Program-made: the position numbers and the translations under genes
Part shown: positions 1 to 9,168 of the stretch, in pieces
How the letters are laid out: every line of letters begins with the position of its first letter
How positions within the stretch are numbered: the first letter of the stretch is position 1
Notes under the pieces: model-generated
Seen by the model: the letters and a program-made list of their open reading frames with translations, nothing else
Databases searched by the model: none
What the model was told of the DNA's origin: nothing
NCBI RefSeq assembly: GCF_030013205.1
Contig: NZ_CP122648.1
DNA length: 64,000 nucleotides
Source of the DNA: Escherichia coli
Lineage (GTDB): Bacteria > Pseudomonadota > Gammaproteobacteria > Enterobacterales > Enterobacteriaceae
Strand: one strand, 5' to 3'

Positions 1-1218
1 TCAGAACGATGAACACGGCACACACCAGGCCAGCCATTGCGTCAATAAAATCATTGAAATCCAGCTTCGAGACGTTACTTAACATCAGCAAACCTACGTA
101 CATCAGAGCGGGTGCAGTGGCGTAACCAGGGATCAAAAATGACAACGGTGATAAGAACAAAATCAGCAGGAATAACGCCCCCACTACGGTTGCGGTCAAT
201 CCTGTTTTACCCCCGGCGGCGGTTCCTGCCGCTGATTCGATATAAACCGCTGCGGGCGCTGCGCCCACCAGGCCGGAGAATATTGAACTTACTGAGTCAC
301 TGGTCAGGGCTTTGCCGCCGTTGATGATCTGGTTGTCTTTATCCAACAAATTCGCCTGACCGGCGACGGCACGGATGGTACCAGTGGCGTCGAACACTGC
401 GGTCATCACCAATGCTAGTACACTCGGAAGTACAGTTGGCTGGAGTGCGCCCATAATATCGAGGCTGAAAATCAGAGACTTACCATCTTCGCCAGTCAGG
501 CTTGGCATCGCCACCAGACCGTGGTATTTCACCGCTGGATCAAAGATTAAGCCGATGATCGAAATTGCAATAATCACCAACAAGATCCCGCCTGGTACGC
601 GGCACTTTTCCAGACCGAAGATGACCGCCAGCCCCAGCAAGCTCATCATCACCGGGAAGGAGGTAAACGCACCGAGCGCCACTGGCAAGCCTTCAATCGG
701 GTTTTTGATAACCATTCCCACACCGTTAGCAGCAATCAGCAGCAGAAACAGGCCGATACCGATACCTGTACCGTGAGCTATCCCCATCGGTAAATTACGT
801 AAGATCCAGGTACGCACACCGGTTACGGAAATGGCGGTGAAGATGACGCCCATCAGAAAGACCGCGCCCAGTGCGACAGGAACGCTAATTTGTTGCCCGA
901 GAACCAGACTGAATGCGGTAAACGCCGTCAAGGAAATCGCGCAACCAATCGCCATTGGCAAATTGGCCCATAATCCCATCAGCAACGAGCCGAAGCCCGC
1001 GACCAGACAGGTGGCAACAAACACAGCTGCGGGAGGAAAACCTGCTTTGCCCAGCATTCCCGGAACGACGATAACGGAATAAACCATGGCCAGAAAGGTC
1101 GTTAAGCCAGCCAGTACTTCCTGACGAACGGTACTGCCACGAGCGGTAATTTTAAAATAATTATCCAGCGGCCCTGTGGCTTTGGTGCGTCCGGTGTTTG
1201 TAGGATGTCTCCAGACAT
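1..1218 (-). pseudogene. ghxQ: guanine/hypoxanthine permease (NCS2/AzgA family); 3' end lies beyond the window; apparent frameshift near the 5' end
   Basis: The minus-strand translation is one continuous polytopic permease (..[57 protein letters not shown]). It is open from pos 2 up to an in-frame TGA at 1229-1231. That frame has no ATG/GTG/TTG before the M of FLAMVY. The RBS-preceded ATG at 1218 (GAGGAcatcattATG, [16 protein letters not shown]) is in another frame and stops after 38 codons. Confidence 0.6.
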
Positions 1219-1253
1219 AATGATGTCCTCACGAGGATGTTAAAGTTTTATTA

Positions 1254-2573
1254 TTAGTTGCGTTCGTACACCAGACGACCATCAACGTAGGTGCGGTAGA
1301 TCGAACGGTCATCGCCCAACGTCATCATCACGAACAATTTGTCGACTAAAGAAACAGAGTTGTCATAGCGCAGCTGTTGTAGCGGAGTGGCGGTGGGTTC
1401 CATCACCACGAAATCAGCCTCTTTGCCAGGTAAAAAGTTGCCAATCAAATCGTCAAGGCCCAGAGATTTCGCTCCGCCGAGCGTGGCCAGGTAAAATGCT
1501 TCATATGCTGAGAGGCGATAGCCTTGTAGTTGCAACACTTTGTAGGCTTCGTTTAGCGTTTGCAGCATGTTGAAAGTTGTTCCGGCACCGATATCCGTTC
1601 CCATGCCCACTTTGACTTTCTTCTGCCATGCTTTTTTCAAGTTGAATAAGCCGCTGCCGAGGTAAAGGTTGGAGGTCGGACAGAAAGCAATGCTGGATTT
1701 GGTTTCGCTGAGACGATCCCACTCTTTTTCTTCGAGATGGACGCAGTGAGCAAAGACACAGTTTTTACCTGTCAGGCCATACTGGTGATAAACATCCAGA
1801 TAACCATCATGTTCAGGATAAAGTTCTTTCACCCAGGCAATTTCATCTTTGTTTTCACAGAGATGGGTATGTACCCACGTATCCGGATATTCTTCTTTCA
1901 GGCGTTTCGCCATCGCCATCTGTTCAGGAGATGAGGTAGGGGCGAAGCGTGGCGTAATCGCATACAACAGACGACCATTTTTGTGCCAGCGCTCGATCAG
2001 TTCTTTGCTTTGGTGATAGCTGCTTTCGGCAGTGTCGAGCAGATAATCCGGTGCGTTACGGTCCATCATCACCTTACCGGCAATCATACGCATATTGATA
2101 TGACTGGCGGCTTCAAACAGCGCATCAACGGATTGCGGATGAACAGTGCCAAACACCAGCGCCGTGGTGGTTCCGTTACGTAAAAGCTGCTTGATGAAGA
2201 ACGCCGACATTTCGCGGGCGTACTCTAAATCCTCATAACGACGTTCAGTAGGGAAGGTGTGTTTATTCAACCACTCCAGCAATTGCTCACCATAGGCCCC
2301 CACCATTTCACTTTGCGGATAATGGATATGTGTATCGACAAAGCCCGGTACTATCAGTTTGCCGCGATAGTCGCGCACGCGAATGGTGTCAGGAATTTGA
2401 TGTTTTCCGTTTTCCCATTCGCCAAACCATTCCACTTTTCCCTGTTTAATGAGTAATAAACCATCCTCAATAAACCGCAGCGCAGAGGCAATCTCTTCCG
2501 GGTTATCGACCGTACGGGTGACATCAATAAAACTGCCTCGTACCGCTTTTAACGTGTGTTCTCCTGACATCAT
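1254..2573 (-). CDS. guaD: guanine deaminase (amidohydrolase superfamily)
   Basis: ORF 1254..2693. I set the start at the internal MMSGEHTLKAVRGSFIDV, giving 439 aa. It has the metal-binding motif VDTHIHYPQ. The 40 upstream codons overlap the xanQ 3' end and are treated as a spurious extension. Confidence 0.9.
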   Translation of the reverse strand: MMSGEHTLKAVRGSFIDVTRTVDNPEEIASALRFIEDGLLLIKQGKVEWFGEWENGKHQIPDTIRVRDYRGKLIVPGFVDTHIHYPQSEMVGAYGEQLLEWLNKHTFPTERRYEDLEYAREMSAFFIKQLLRNGTTTALVFGTVHPQSVDALFEAASHINMRMIAGKVMMDRNAPDYLLDTAESSYHQSKELIERWHKNGRLLYAITPRFAPTSSPEQMAMAKRLKEEYPDTWVHTHLCENKDEIAWVKELYPEHDGYLDVYHQYGLTGKNCVFAHCVHLEEKEWDRLSETKSSIAFCPTSNLYLGSGLFNLKKAWQKKVKVGMGTDIGAGTTFNMLQTLNEAYKVLQLQGYRLSAYEAFYLATLGGAKSLGLDDLIGNFLPGKEADFVVMEPTATPLQQLRYDNSVSLVDKLFVMMTLGDDRSIYRTYVDGRLVYERN

Positions 2574-2587
2574 TGACTCCTTTACTG

Positions 2588-3976
2588 TTAATCCATCTCT
2601 TCCGCTGAGGTAATACCAGGCAGAACGTTTTCCTGTCGGTAGCCACCAGGGAGGATAATATTTAATAAAATCGCAGTTAACCCGCCAGCACAAATAGGGT
2701 TTTCAACTAGTACATAAATAGAGGCTGGCAATATTTTAAAAATTTCGGGATCGTAGGAGACGCCAAGCCCTAAACCTAAAGAAGTGGCGACAATAAGTGT
2801 TTCTCGGCGCTTTAAACCGTTGGTGATGATGATGCGAATCCCAGCGATAGCAATCATGGAAAACATCAACGTCATTGCGCCTCCCAGAACTGCCGAGGGT
2901 ATGGTTGTGAAGAAACCGCCAATCATCGGAAACAAGCCGAGGATAACCAGCATTACCGCGATGGTTCGCCCGACATAACGTGAAGCGACGCCAGTCATCT
3001 GAATAACCCCATTATTTTGCGCAAACGTGGTTAAGGGTAATGAACCGACAGCGGAGGCGATAACAGAAACCAGACCATCTGCCAGCACGCCGCCTTTCAG
3101 TCGGGACTGATACTCTTCCCCCTGAATAGGGCGGCGAGAAACCATTGCCGTGGCGGTGATATCGCCGACAGCTTCCAGCACGCTAAGCAAATAAATCGTG
3201 CCAACCACCAGGAACTGATGGAAGCTGAAACTAAAGCCGTATTTGAACGGATGCGGGATGGTGATTAACGGCAAATTGCGCATACTGCTGAAATCCACCA
3301 TACCCAGGCATAACGACACGATATAACCGACGCAAAGGCCAATGGCGATCCCTCCCATGCGTAGCAACGGACTGCGACAGCAGTTAAAGCCGATCACCAC
3401 AATCAAAACCAATAAACCAACGCCGAGATGTTCGTAATTGCCGAACGTACCGCTGCTTTTGGCCGCAAATCCTCCACCAAAATCTTTAATCAGGCTTAAG
3501 CCGATCATCAGCACCACAATGCCGCTGACGGTAGGCGTAATAACCCGACGTAAATAGGGCAGGATAAAAGAAGAGCCGACAACCAGAAATGCGCCAACGA
3601 AGGAGACGCCGAGGAGCGACGACATGATTAACTCTTCGTGAAAACCGTCGCTTTTCATGCTGCTGCCCAGCGCAATCATGACCGTAACAAATGAAAAATT
3701 GACTGACTGAATTGAGAGAAGACCAGAACCGACGATGCCGTAGCGGTTTACTTGTAACCAGGTACCAATACCAGAGGCGATCATCGCCATAGAAACCAGA
3801 TAAGCGGTTGTTTCAGCGGAAAGCTGTAAGGCCGCACCCACGATTAACGCGGGGGTTACCATCGGAACGAAAATTGCCAACAGATGGGTAATGGCACCAA
3901 CGAGAGCCTGATGAAAGGGAGGGCGATCCTCCAGTTCAAATATAAGGTCAGAACCTGCATGGTTTATATCAGACAT
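2588..3976 (-). CDS. xanQ: xanthine permease (NCS2/NAT family)
   Basis: ORF 2588..4210. The start is set at ATG 3976 (MSDINHAGSDLIFELEDRPPF), giving 462 aa. It is a polytopic membrane protein with a NAT-type motif FAQNNGVIQMTGVASRYVG. Confidence 0.9.
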   Translation of the reverse strand: MSDINHAGSDLIFELEDRPPFHQALVGAITHLLAIFVPMVTPALIVGAALQLSAETTAYLVSMAMIASGIGTWLQVNRYGIVGSGLLSIQSVNFSFVTVMIALGSSMKSDGFHEELIMSSLLGVSFVGAFLVVGSSFILPYLRRVITPTVSGIVVLMIGLSLIKDFGGGFAAKSSGTFGNYEHLGVGLLVLIVVIGFNCCRSPLLRMGGIAIGLCVGYIVSLCLGMVDFSSMRNLPLITIPHPFKYGFSFSFHQFLVVGTIYLLSVLEAVGDITATAMVSRRPIQGEEYQSRLKGGVLADGLVSVIASAVGSLPLTTFAQNNGVIQMTGVASRYVGRTIAVMLVILGLFPMIGGFFTTIPSAVLGGAMTLMFSMIAIAGIRIIITNGLKRRETLIVATSLGLGLGVSYDPEIFKILPASIYVLVENPICAGGLTAILLNIILPGGYRQENVLPGITSAEEMD

Positions 3977-4140
3977 CCCTTCACTCCTTTTAAAGTAAAT
4001 TTGATCATCTGAATCAGTAAAATAAATTCCCACGAATTTGGGGCGCAGGACGCCTTGAGAACGGCTTATCTCATTTTCGCAGTCACTATTTGGTCGTCGT
4101 TCAAACAGAGAAACAGGCCGCCGAAGCGGCCATTTGTTAT

Positions 4141-7011
4141 TTATATTTTTTCCAGCGCGGTGAGTATTTTCTCCGGTGTGAAATGCCATTCGCGTAACCA
4201 GATGCCGCATGCATCGTGAATTGCGGTAGCAATCGCCGGAGCTGCGCCATTTACACCGATTTCCGAGATCGATTTCGCCCCGAACGGGCCGACTTTATCG
4301 TCGCTCGGCACCAGCACAGCGCGGAAATCACGCGGAATGTCACCAATTTTCGGTGCGCCGTAACTGCGTAAATCACGCGTTAACGGGTGACCTTCGGCGT
4401 CATAAATGATTTCTTCGCTCATACTGTGGCCGATTGCACGAAGGGTGGCACCGTAGATTTGTCCCAACGCTAACTCTGGATTGACCGGTGTACCGCAATC
4501 CAGCAAGGCGTAGAATTTATCCAGGCGGATTTCACCCGTACGCGTGTTGACGGCGACTTCAGCAAAGTTTGCGCCATACGGGAAGGCGAAATCAGGCGTG
4601 ATATAACTGCCAGTTCCCACCAGTGAACCAAAGCCTGTGCCGGTTTCGCCTTTATGGGCAATATCCCCGAAACTAACTTCACCTTTCTTGCCGCGTACGA
4701 CGCCCGGCGTTGCTAGTTGGACATCTGCCACTGGCTCACCCAACATTTGCGCACCGTGGAACAGAATTTTCTCCCGCAGATTTTCTGCTGCCAAGCGCGC
4801 CGCGTTACCCGAGAAGCAAGTACCGGACGAGGCATATGCGCCTTTATCAAACAACGCATGATCGGTATCACCGGAGATAACATGCACGTCCTGCGGTGGG
4901 CAGTGCAGCACTTCTGCTGCCAGTTTCGTCACCACGGTATCCAGACCAGTACCAATATCCGCACCGCCAGAATGAACGATAAAGGTACCGTCTGATTCCA
5001 GTTTGATCATGCAGTTAGCCTGATCGATATCCGGGATCCCTGATTTCTGCATGATAATGGCGACGCCACGACCGATGTGCCAGTCACCGTTTTGTGGTTT
5101 TGGTGAAGACCATTGGATCATCTCGCGACCCTGACGCAGGATCTCTTCCAGTGCGCAGCTGGCGGCGGAAGGAACGGAGGTCGGCGCTTTACCTTCACCG
5201 ATTGCACCGAGAATTTTCAGCTCTTGCCCTTCGTGTACCCGGTTACGTTCGATAATTTCCAGTTGGTCGATCTGTAACTGTTCAGCCAGTTCCGCTAATG
5301 CCATGGTGATAGCGAAGTTACCTTTCGGTGCGCCATAACCCTGATAAGCACCATTTGGGCAAATGTTGCTGTAGTAGGTGGTGACCTGGAAATCGACGTT
5401 ATCGCACGGATATAACGGCAGCGACAGCGCCGGTCCGTTACACGGTACGGTGAGTGAGTGGTTGCCGTAAGGGCCAGTGTTGGCGCGGAAATCCATCTTC
5501 ACTGCCGTCAGGCGACCATCTTTTTTCGCTCCCAGTTTGACGGTGACTTTCGCGACGTGACGAGAGGTGTTAGCAATAAACTCTTCTTCACGGGTGTAGC
5601 GGAACAGTACCGGACGCCCGGTCACGCAGGTTGCCCAAGCGCACACTTCTTCCAGCAGGATGTCCTGTTTAGACCCAAAACCGCCGCCAACTCGCTCTTT
5701 AATGACATGAACTTTATGTTGTTTCATGCCCACGAGGCGCGCGACCTGGCGGCGTAAGTGCCATGGTACCTGGGTGGAGGCGTGGATAACCAGACGATCG
5801 CCGTCCATACGGGTAAAGCAGATATGAGTTTCAGTCGGGCACTGCTGCGCCTGCGTTGAGTTATAGGTTCGCTCAATGATCACATCGGCATCGGCAAAGC
5901 CTTTGTCCATATCGCCGATATGACCATGAATACTGGCGGCGATATTTTTACGGGGGCGAGAACCGATCGGGAAGTTGATGATCATATGCTCGCCGCGCTG
6001 GGCTGCATGGCTGTTATCGTCTTCCAGAGTATCTGGCGCACCAGCAACATACACCACCGGTTCATCGTGCACGACAGGTGCATCTTCCGCCATTGCTTCG
6101 TCAATCGACATTACCGGCTTAAGCACTTCATATTCAACGTCGATGAGCTTCAGTGCTTCGAGCGCAATTTCTTCACTTTCAGCGACGACCGCAGCAACGC
6201 GATCGCCGACGTGACGCATTTTCTTGCCGAACATACGGCGGTCAAGCGGTGACGGTTCCGGTGCGCTCTGACCGCCCGGGGTATAGTAGATATCCGGGCA
6301 ATTCAGGTGAGTAATAACGTGAACAACGCCCGGTAAGGCTTCAGCTTTGCTGACATCCAGATGAGTAATCAGTGCGTGAGCGTGTGGGCTACGTAACATT
6401 TTAATGACGCAGGCGTCAGCCGTTACGCGGTCTTCAACATAGCAGGGTTTCGCCTGCACCATTTTCGCGGCATCAGTTTTAGGATAATGCTTACCAATGA
6501 CTTCAAGGTCATCGCGGAAAGTCGGAGCGATATCAATGGTGGCCTGCGGATTATTTTTACGTGCAACCGCCAGTTCAATGACCTGATAGTATTGTTGCCA
6601 GCCTGCATCGCGGCTGAACAAACCAGAAAGCGCGTCGTCGATCTCTTCGCGGGTCGGTGCGGCAATGCGATCGAGAAGATCGGTGATAATCAGAGCCGCA
6701 GCTGGATCGTTATAACCAGACTGCACCACGCCAACATCAACCATTGCCTGTTGAACCAGACTTAACTCGTTCCATTTGCCCAGAGACTCTGCGGTACGAA
6801 TATCTGCCTTCTCTAACTGTGCGGCGATAAGCAAGGACGCGTTAACGATATTACCGTTACAGATAATTGCGTCAGAACCGGCAAACCCGAATCCATCATC
6901 GCTGTTGCGTACAGAGTGCATTCCCATGTTAAACAACAGCTTTTGCACGTTTTCGCCTGGATTAACGGTTAGCTCCTGAGGCGCGCCATTTAAAGTAAAG
7001 TGGATGATCAT
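4141..7011 (-). CDS. xdhD: putative molybdenum hydroxylase, fused 2Fe-2S and molybdopterin-binding subunit
   Basis: 956-aa ORF. The N-terminus resembles a 2Fe-2S subunit and the body is aldehyde-oxidase/xanthine-dehydrogenase-like (GGGFGSK motif). Its start overlaps the ygfM stop (7008-7011). Confidence 0.9.
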   Translation of the reverse strand: MIIHFTLNGAPQELTVNPGENVQKLLFNMGMHSVRNSDDGFGFAGSDAIICNGNIVNASLLIAAQLEKADIRTAESLGKWNELSLVQQAMVDVGVVQSGYNDPAAALIITDLLDRIAAPTREEIDDALSGLFSRDAGWQQYYQVIELAVARKNNPQATIDIAPTFRDDLEVIGKHYPKTDAAKMVQAKPCYVEDRVTADACVIKMLRSPHAHALITHLDVSKAEALPGVVHVITHLNCPDIYYTPGGQSAPEPSPLDRRMFGKKMRHVGDRVAAVVAESEEIALEALKLIDVEYEVLKPVMSIDEAMAEDAPVVHDEPVVYVAGAPDTLEDDNSHAAQRGEHMIINFPIGSRPRKNIAASIHGHIGDMDKGFADADVIIERTYNSTQAQQCPTETHICFTRMDGDRLVIHASTQVPWHLRRQVARLVGMKQHKVHVIKERVGGGFGSKQDILLEEVCAWATCVTGRPVLFRYTREEEFIANTSRHVAKVTVKLGAKKDGRLTAVKMDFRANTGPYGNHSLTVPCNGPALSLPLYPCDNVDFQVTTYYSNICPNGAYQGYGAPKGNFAITMALAELAEQLQIDQLEIIERNRVHEGQELKILGAIGEGKAPTSVPSAASCALEEILRQGREMIQWSSPKPQNGDWHIGRGVAIIMQKSGIPDIDQANCMIKLESDGTFIVHSGGADIGTGLDTVVTKLAAEVLHCPPQDVHVISGDTDHALFDKGAYASSGTCFSGNAARLAAENLREKILFHGAQMLGEPVADVQLATPGVVRGKKGEVSFGDIAHKGETGTGFGSLVGTGSYITPDFAFPYGANFAEVAVNTRTGEIRLDKFYALLDCGTPVNPELALGQIYGATLRAIGHSMSEEIIYDAEGHPLTRDLRSYGAPKIGDIPRDFRAVLVPSDDKVGPFGAKSISEIGVNGAAPAIATAIHDACGIWLREWHFTPEKILTALEKI

Positions 7012-7787
7012 ACGGCTTCCTCCCCAGCCTGTTGGCAGTCGGCATACAGGTCGGCTACCAGAACTCCCGTGATATAGCGTTTATAGGCCACGCTGCCCCG
7101 CAAATCTTCCTGCGGGAAAATGGCGTTGGCGACAGCCTGTTCAAGTGCATTGCCTTCCAGATTTTGTTTTTCGACATCGTGCAGACGCAGTGCTTTACTG
7201 GCGACGCCATCCAGCGCAATTCGCATACCGTCGTGGTCTGTCATTGCAACGGCTGCCGTCACGACGGTTAAACCTGCCTGAGAACGGCTAATTTTGCGGG
7301 TCGCACAGGTGCGATACGGATCTTTAATGATAATTTCGGTTAGCAGGCGATCGCATGGGCAGGCCAGGTACTCTTCGATTGACAGTGTTTCGCCATTGCC
7401 AAAAACCAGTTCAGCATCCAGTGCCAGCAGGACGGGAAGCAGCACAGACTCTTCCTGCCGGGCGGCGATTTCACCACCAATGGTCGACTGATTACGAACA
7501 TGGCGAGAGTAGACAAAGCCGAGGGCTTCACGCAGTGCTGCAGGAATAAATCGCGCATCACGCAGTGGCTGCAAGCGAGACATTGCACCAATCCGCAGTG
7601 CACCGTTATCCCAGTCAACCCAGTCCAGTTCCAGATCCTGTAAGGAAATGGCAATCTTTTTATCGGTACGGGTTGGTGTAGCGTTGAGTTTGCTGCCCCC
7701 GGCGAACCAGACGGCTTCATCCTGGTAGCGGCGCTTCAGTTCCAGCGCCTGTTCGACAGAGTCGGGCCTGAAAAATTGTTCAATCAT
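7008..7787 (-). CDS. ygfM: FAD-binding subunit-like oxidoreductase (CO dehydrogenase flavoprotein family)
   Basis: 259-aa ORF, translationally coupled to xdhD. Its size and position fit the FAD-binding medium-subunit family, and synteny supports the call. Confidence 0.85.
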   Translation of the reverse strand: MIEQFFRPDSVEQALELKRRYQDEAVWFAGGSKLNATPTRTDKKIAISLQDLELDWVDWDNGALRIGAMSRLQPLRDARFIPAALREALGFVYSRHVRNQSTIGGEIAARQEESVLLPVLLALDAELVFGNGETLSIEEYLACPCDRLLTEIIIKDPYRTCATRKISRSQAGLTVVTAAVAMTDHDGMRIALDGVASKALRLHDVEKQNLEGNALEQAVANAIFPQEDLRGSVAYKRYITGVLVADLYADCQQAGEEAV

Positions 7788-7837
7788 CTTCTTTCCTTAT
7801 TTAACCCTCTTCCCTACGGGAAGGGGGTATTTGTCAT

Positions 7838-9166
7838 TTATGCCAGCGCATCCATCCGACGCCACATACTGGCAGCGGCTTTTCTGGCTTGCGCATAAAT
7901 GGAATCGCAATCGAAGTTAAACCGACGGTCTTCATAGACCATCACGCCATTGACCATCACGCTATGAACGCTGCCTGAGCCCATACCGAAAGCGATATGC
8001 CCGGCGATATTGTCTGCCAGCAGCGGTGTCGGCGAGTTGTAATCGCAAATGGTTAAATCGGCTTTGTAACCAGCTTCCAGAAGGCCAAATTTCGCGCCAA
8101 AATTGCGGCTCATCAGTTCGTTGCCGTTAGTCAGGGCTTTGGCAAAACTGTCAGGCCACTGCGGACCACCCGCATCGCGATGTTTAAAGAAGGCAAATTT
8201 CATCTCTTCAAACATGTCCGAACCAATGCCGTCCGTTCCCAACGCCAGATTGCGGATGTCGCTAAGGTGATGGTTGTATCCGACATGGTTGTTCATGTTT
8301 GAACGGGCGTTATGCACCAGGAACGCGTCGCGTTGATTGAGCAGTGCGATGTCATCTTTCGACAAGTACAGCCCATGAGCGACCAGCGTTTTGCTGTCGA
8401 TGAGATCGAATTGCGCCAGTCGTGCCAGTAGGTCTTTGCCGTACCAGTGGTGACTGTAGGAAACGTCATAAAGGTCTTCCGCAGCGTGAATGTGCAAACC
8501 ACGACCTGTGGCTTTCACGGCTTCACGCAGCATCTCCAGACCGGCATCCGGCACGGTAAACGGCGCGTGAGCGCCGATATGTGCTTCCACCAGATACGGC
8601 TCGGTTGCTGCTTTCTTCGCCTCATCAATCTGACGGGCGAAGCGGATGTTTTCTTCTACACCTTCCTGCAACTCTTTGATGCCGTTGTTACGGTCAGTAG
8701 TTTCAAAACAGGTCATCGCGCGCAGGCCAACTTTTAAAAATGCGTTGCGCAATGTGGAGAGCGACCCGTCGATATACGCCGGAGAGGCATGGTGATCGAT
8801 AACCGATGTACATCCACTCTTAATCGCTTCCAGGGAACAAATCAGTCCGCTGTAATAGAGCGACTCTTCATCAAGGGCGCGATCGAGTCGCCACCAGAGA
8901 TTTTTCAGCGTTGAGATGAAATCCGGGCAGGGGGCGATGTTTGCCATAATTCCGCGGGAAAGTCCCGAGTAAAAATGGTTATGCGAGCAGACAATTCCCG
9001 GCATCACAATCCGACCATGCATCTCTTTGTAGCTGGCATCGGGGTAGCGTTGTGTCAGGGCATCGCCGATAGCGACAATCACATCATTTTCGATAGCGAT
9101 ATCAACGCCTTCCTGCACTTTCGCCGGGTGTAACTGCACTGCGGTGACATTCTTCAGAATCAACAT
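7838..9166 (-). CDS. ssnA: putative aminohydrolase SsnA (amidohydrolase family)
   Basis: 442-aa ORF with an HxH motif (CSHNHFYSG). It sits 2 bp downstream of ygfK. Confidence 0.9.
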   Translation of the reverse strand: MLILKNVTAVQLHPAKVQEGVDIAIENDVIVAIGDALTQRYPDASYKEMHGRIVMPGIVCSHNHFYSGLSRGIMANIAPCPDFISTLKNLWWRLDRALDEESLYYSGLICSLEAIKSGCTSVIDHHASPAYIDGSLSTLRNAFLKVGLRAMTCFETTDRNNGIKELQEGVEENIRFARQIDEAKKAATEPYLVEAHIGAHAPFTVPDAGLEMLREAVKATGRGLHIHAAEDLYDVSYSHHWYGKDLLARLAQFDLIDSKTLVAHGLYLSKDDIALLNQRDAFLVHNARSNMNNHVGYNHHLSDIRNLALGTDGIGSDMFEEMKFAFFKHRDAGGPQWPDSFAKALTNGNELMSRNFGAKFGLLEAGYKADLTICDYNSPTPLLADNIAGHIAFGMGSGSVHSVMVNGVMVYEDRRFNFDCDSIYAQARKAAASMWRRMDALA

Positions 9167-9168
9167 GA

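Noticed and set aside
3440-3520. Possible short in-frame deletions: xanQ reads GLSLIKDFGGG and totals 462 aa, and xdhA totals 750 aa. I recall slightly longer K-12 proteins.
   Set aside because: This rests only on my memory of reference lengths and sequences and cannot be verified without an alignment. It may be normal allelic variation, so it is not reported as a finding.
2574-4210. N-terminal extensions of guaD (to 2693), xanQ (to 4210), xdhA (to 27835), hyuA (to 18131) and the first integrase (from 29281) as given by the longest ORFs.
   Set aside because: The extensions overlap neighbouring genes or lack an RBS. Internal starts give canonical N-termini (MMSGEH.., MSDINH.., MRVDAI.., MRVLIK.., MLLSDLAIRRAKP..).
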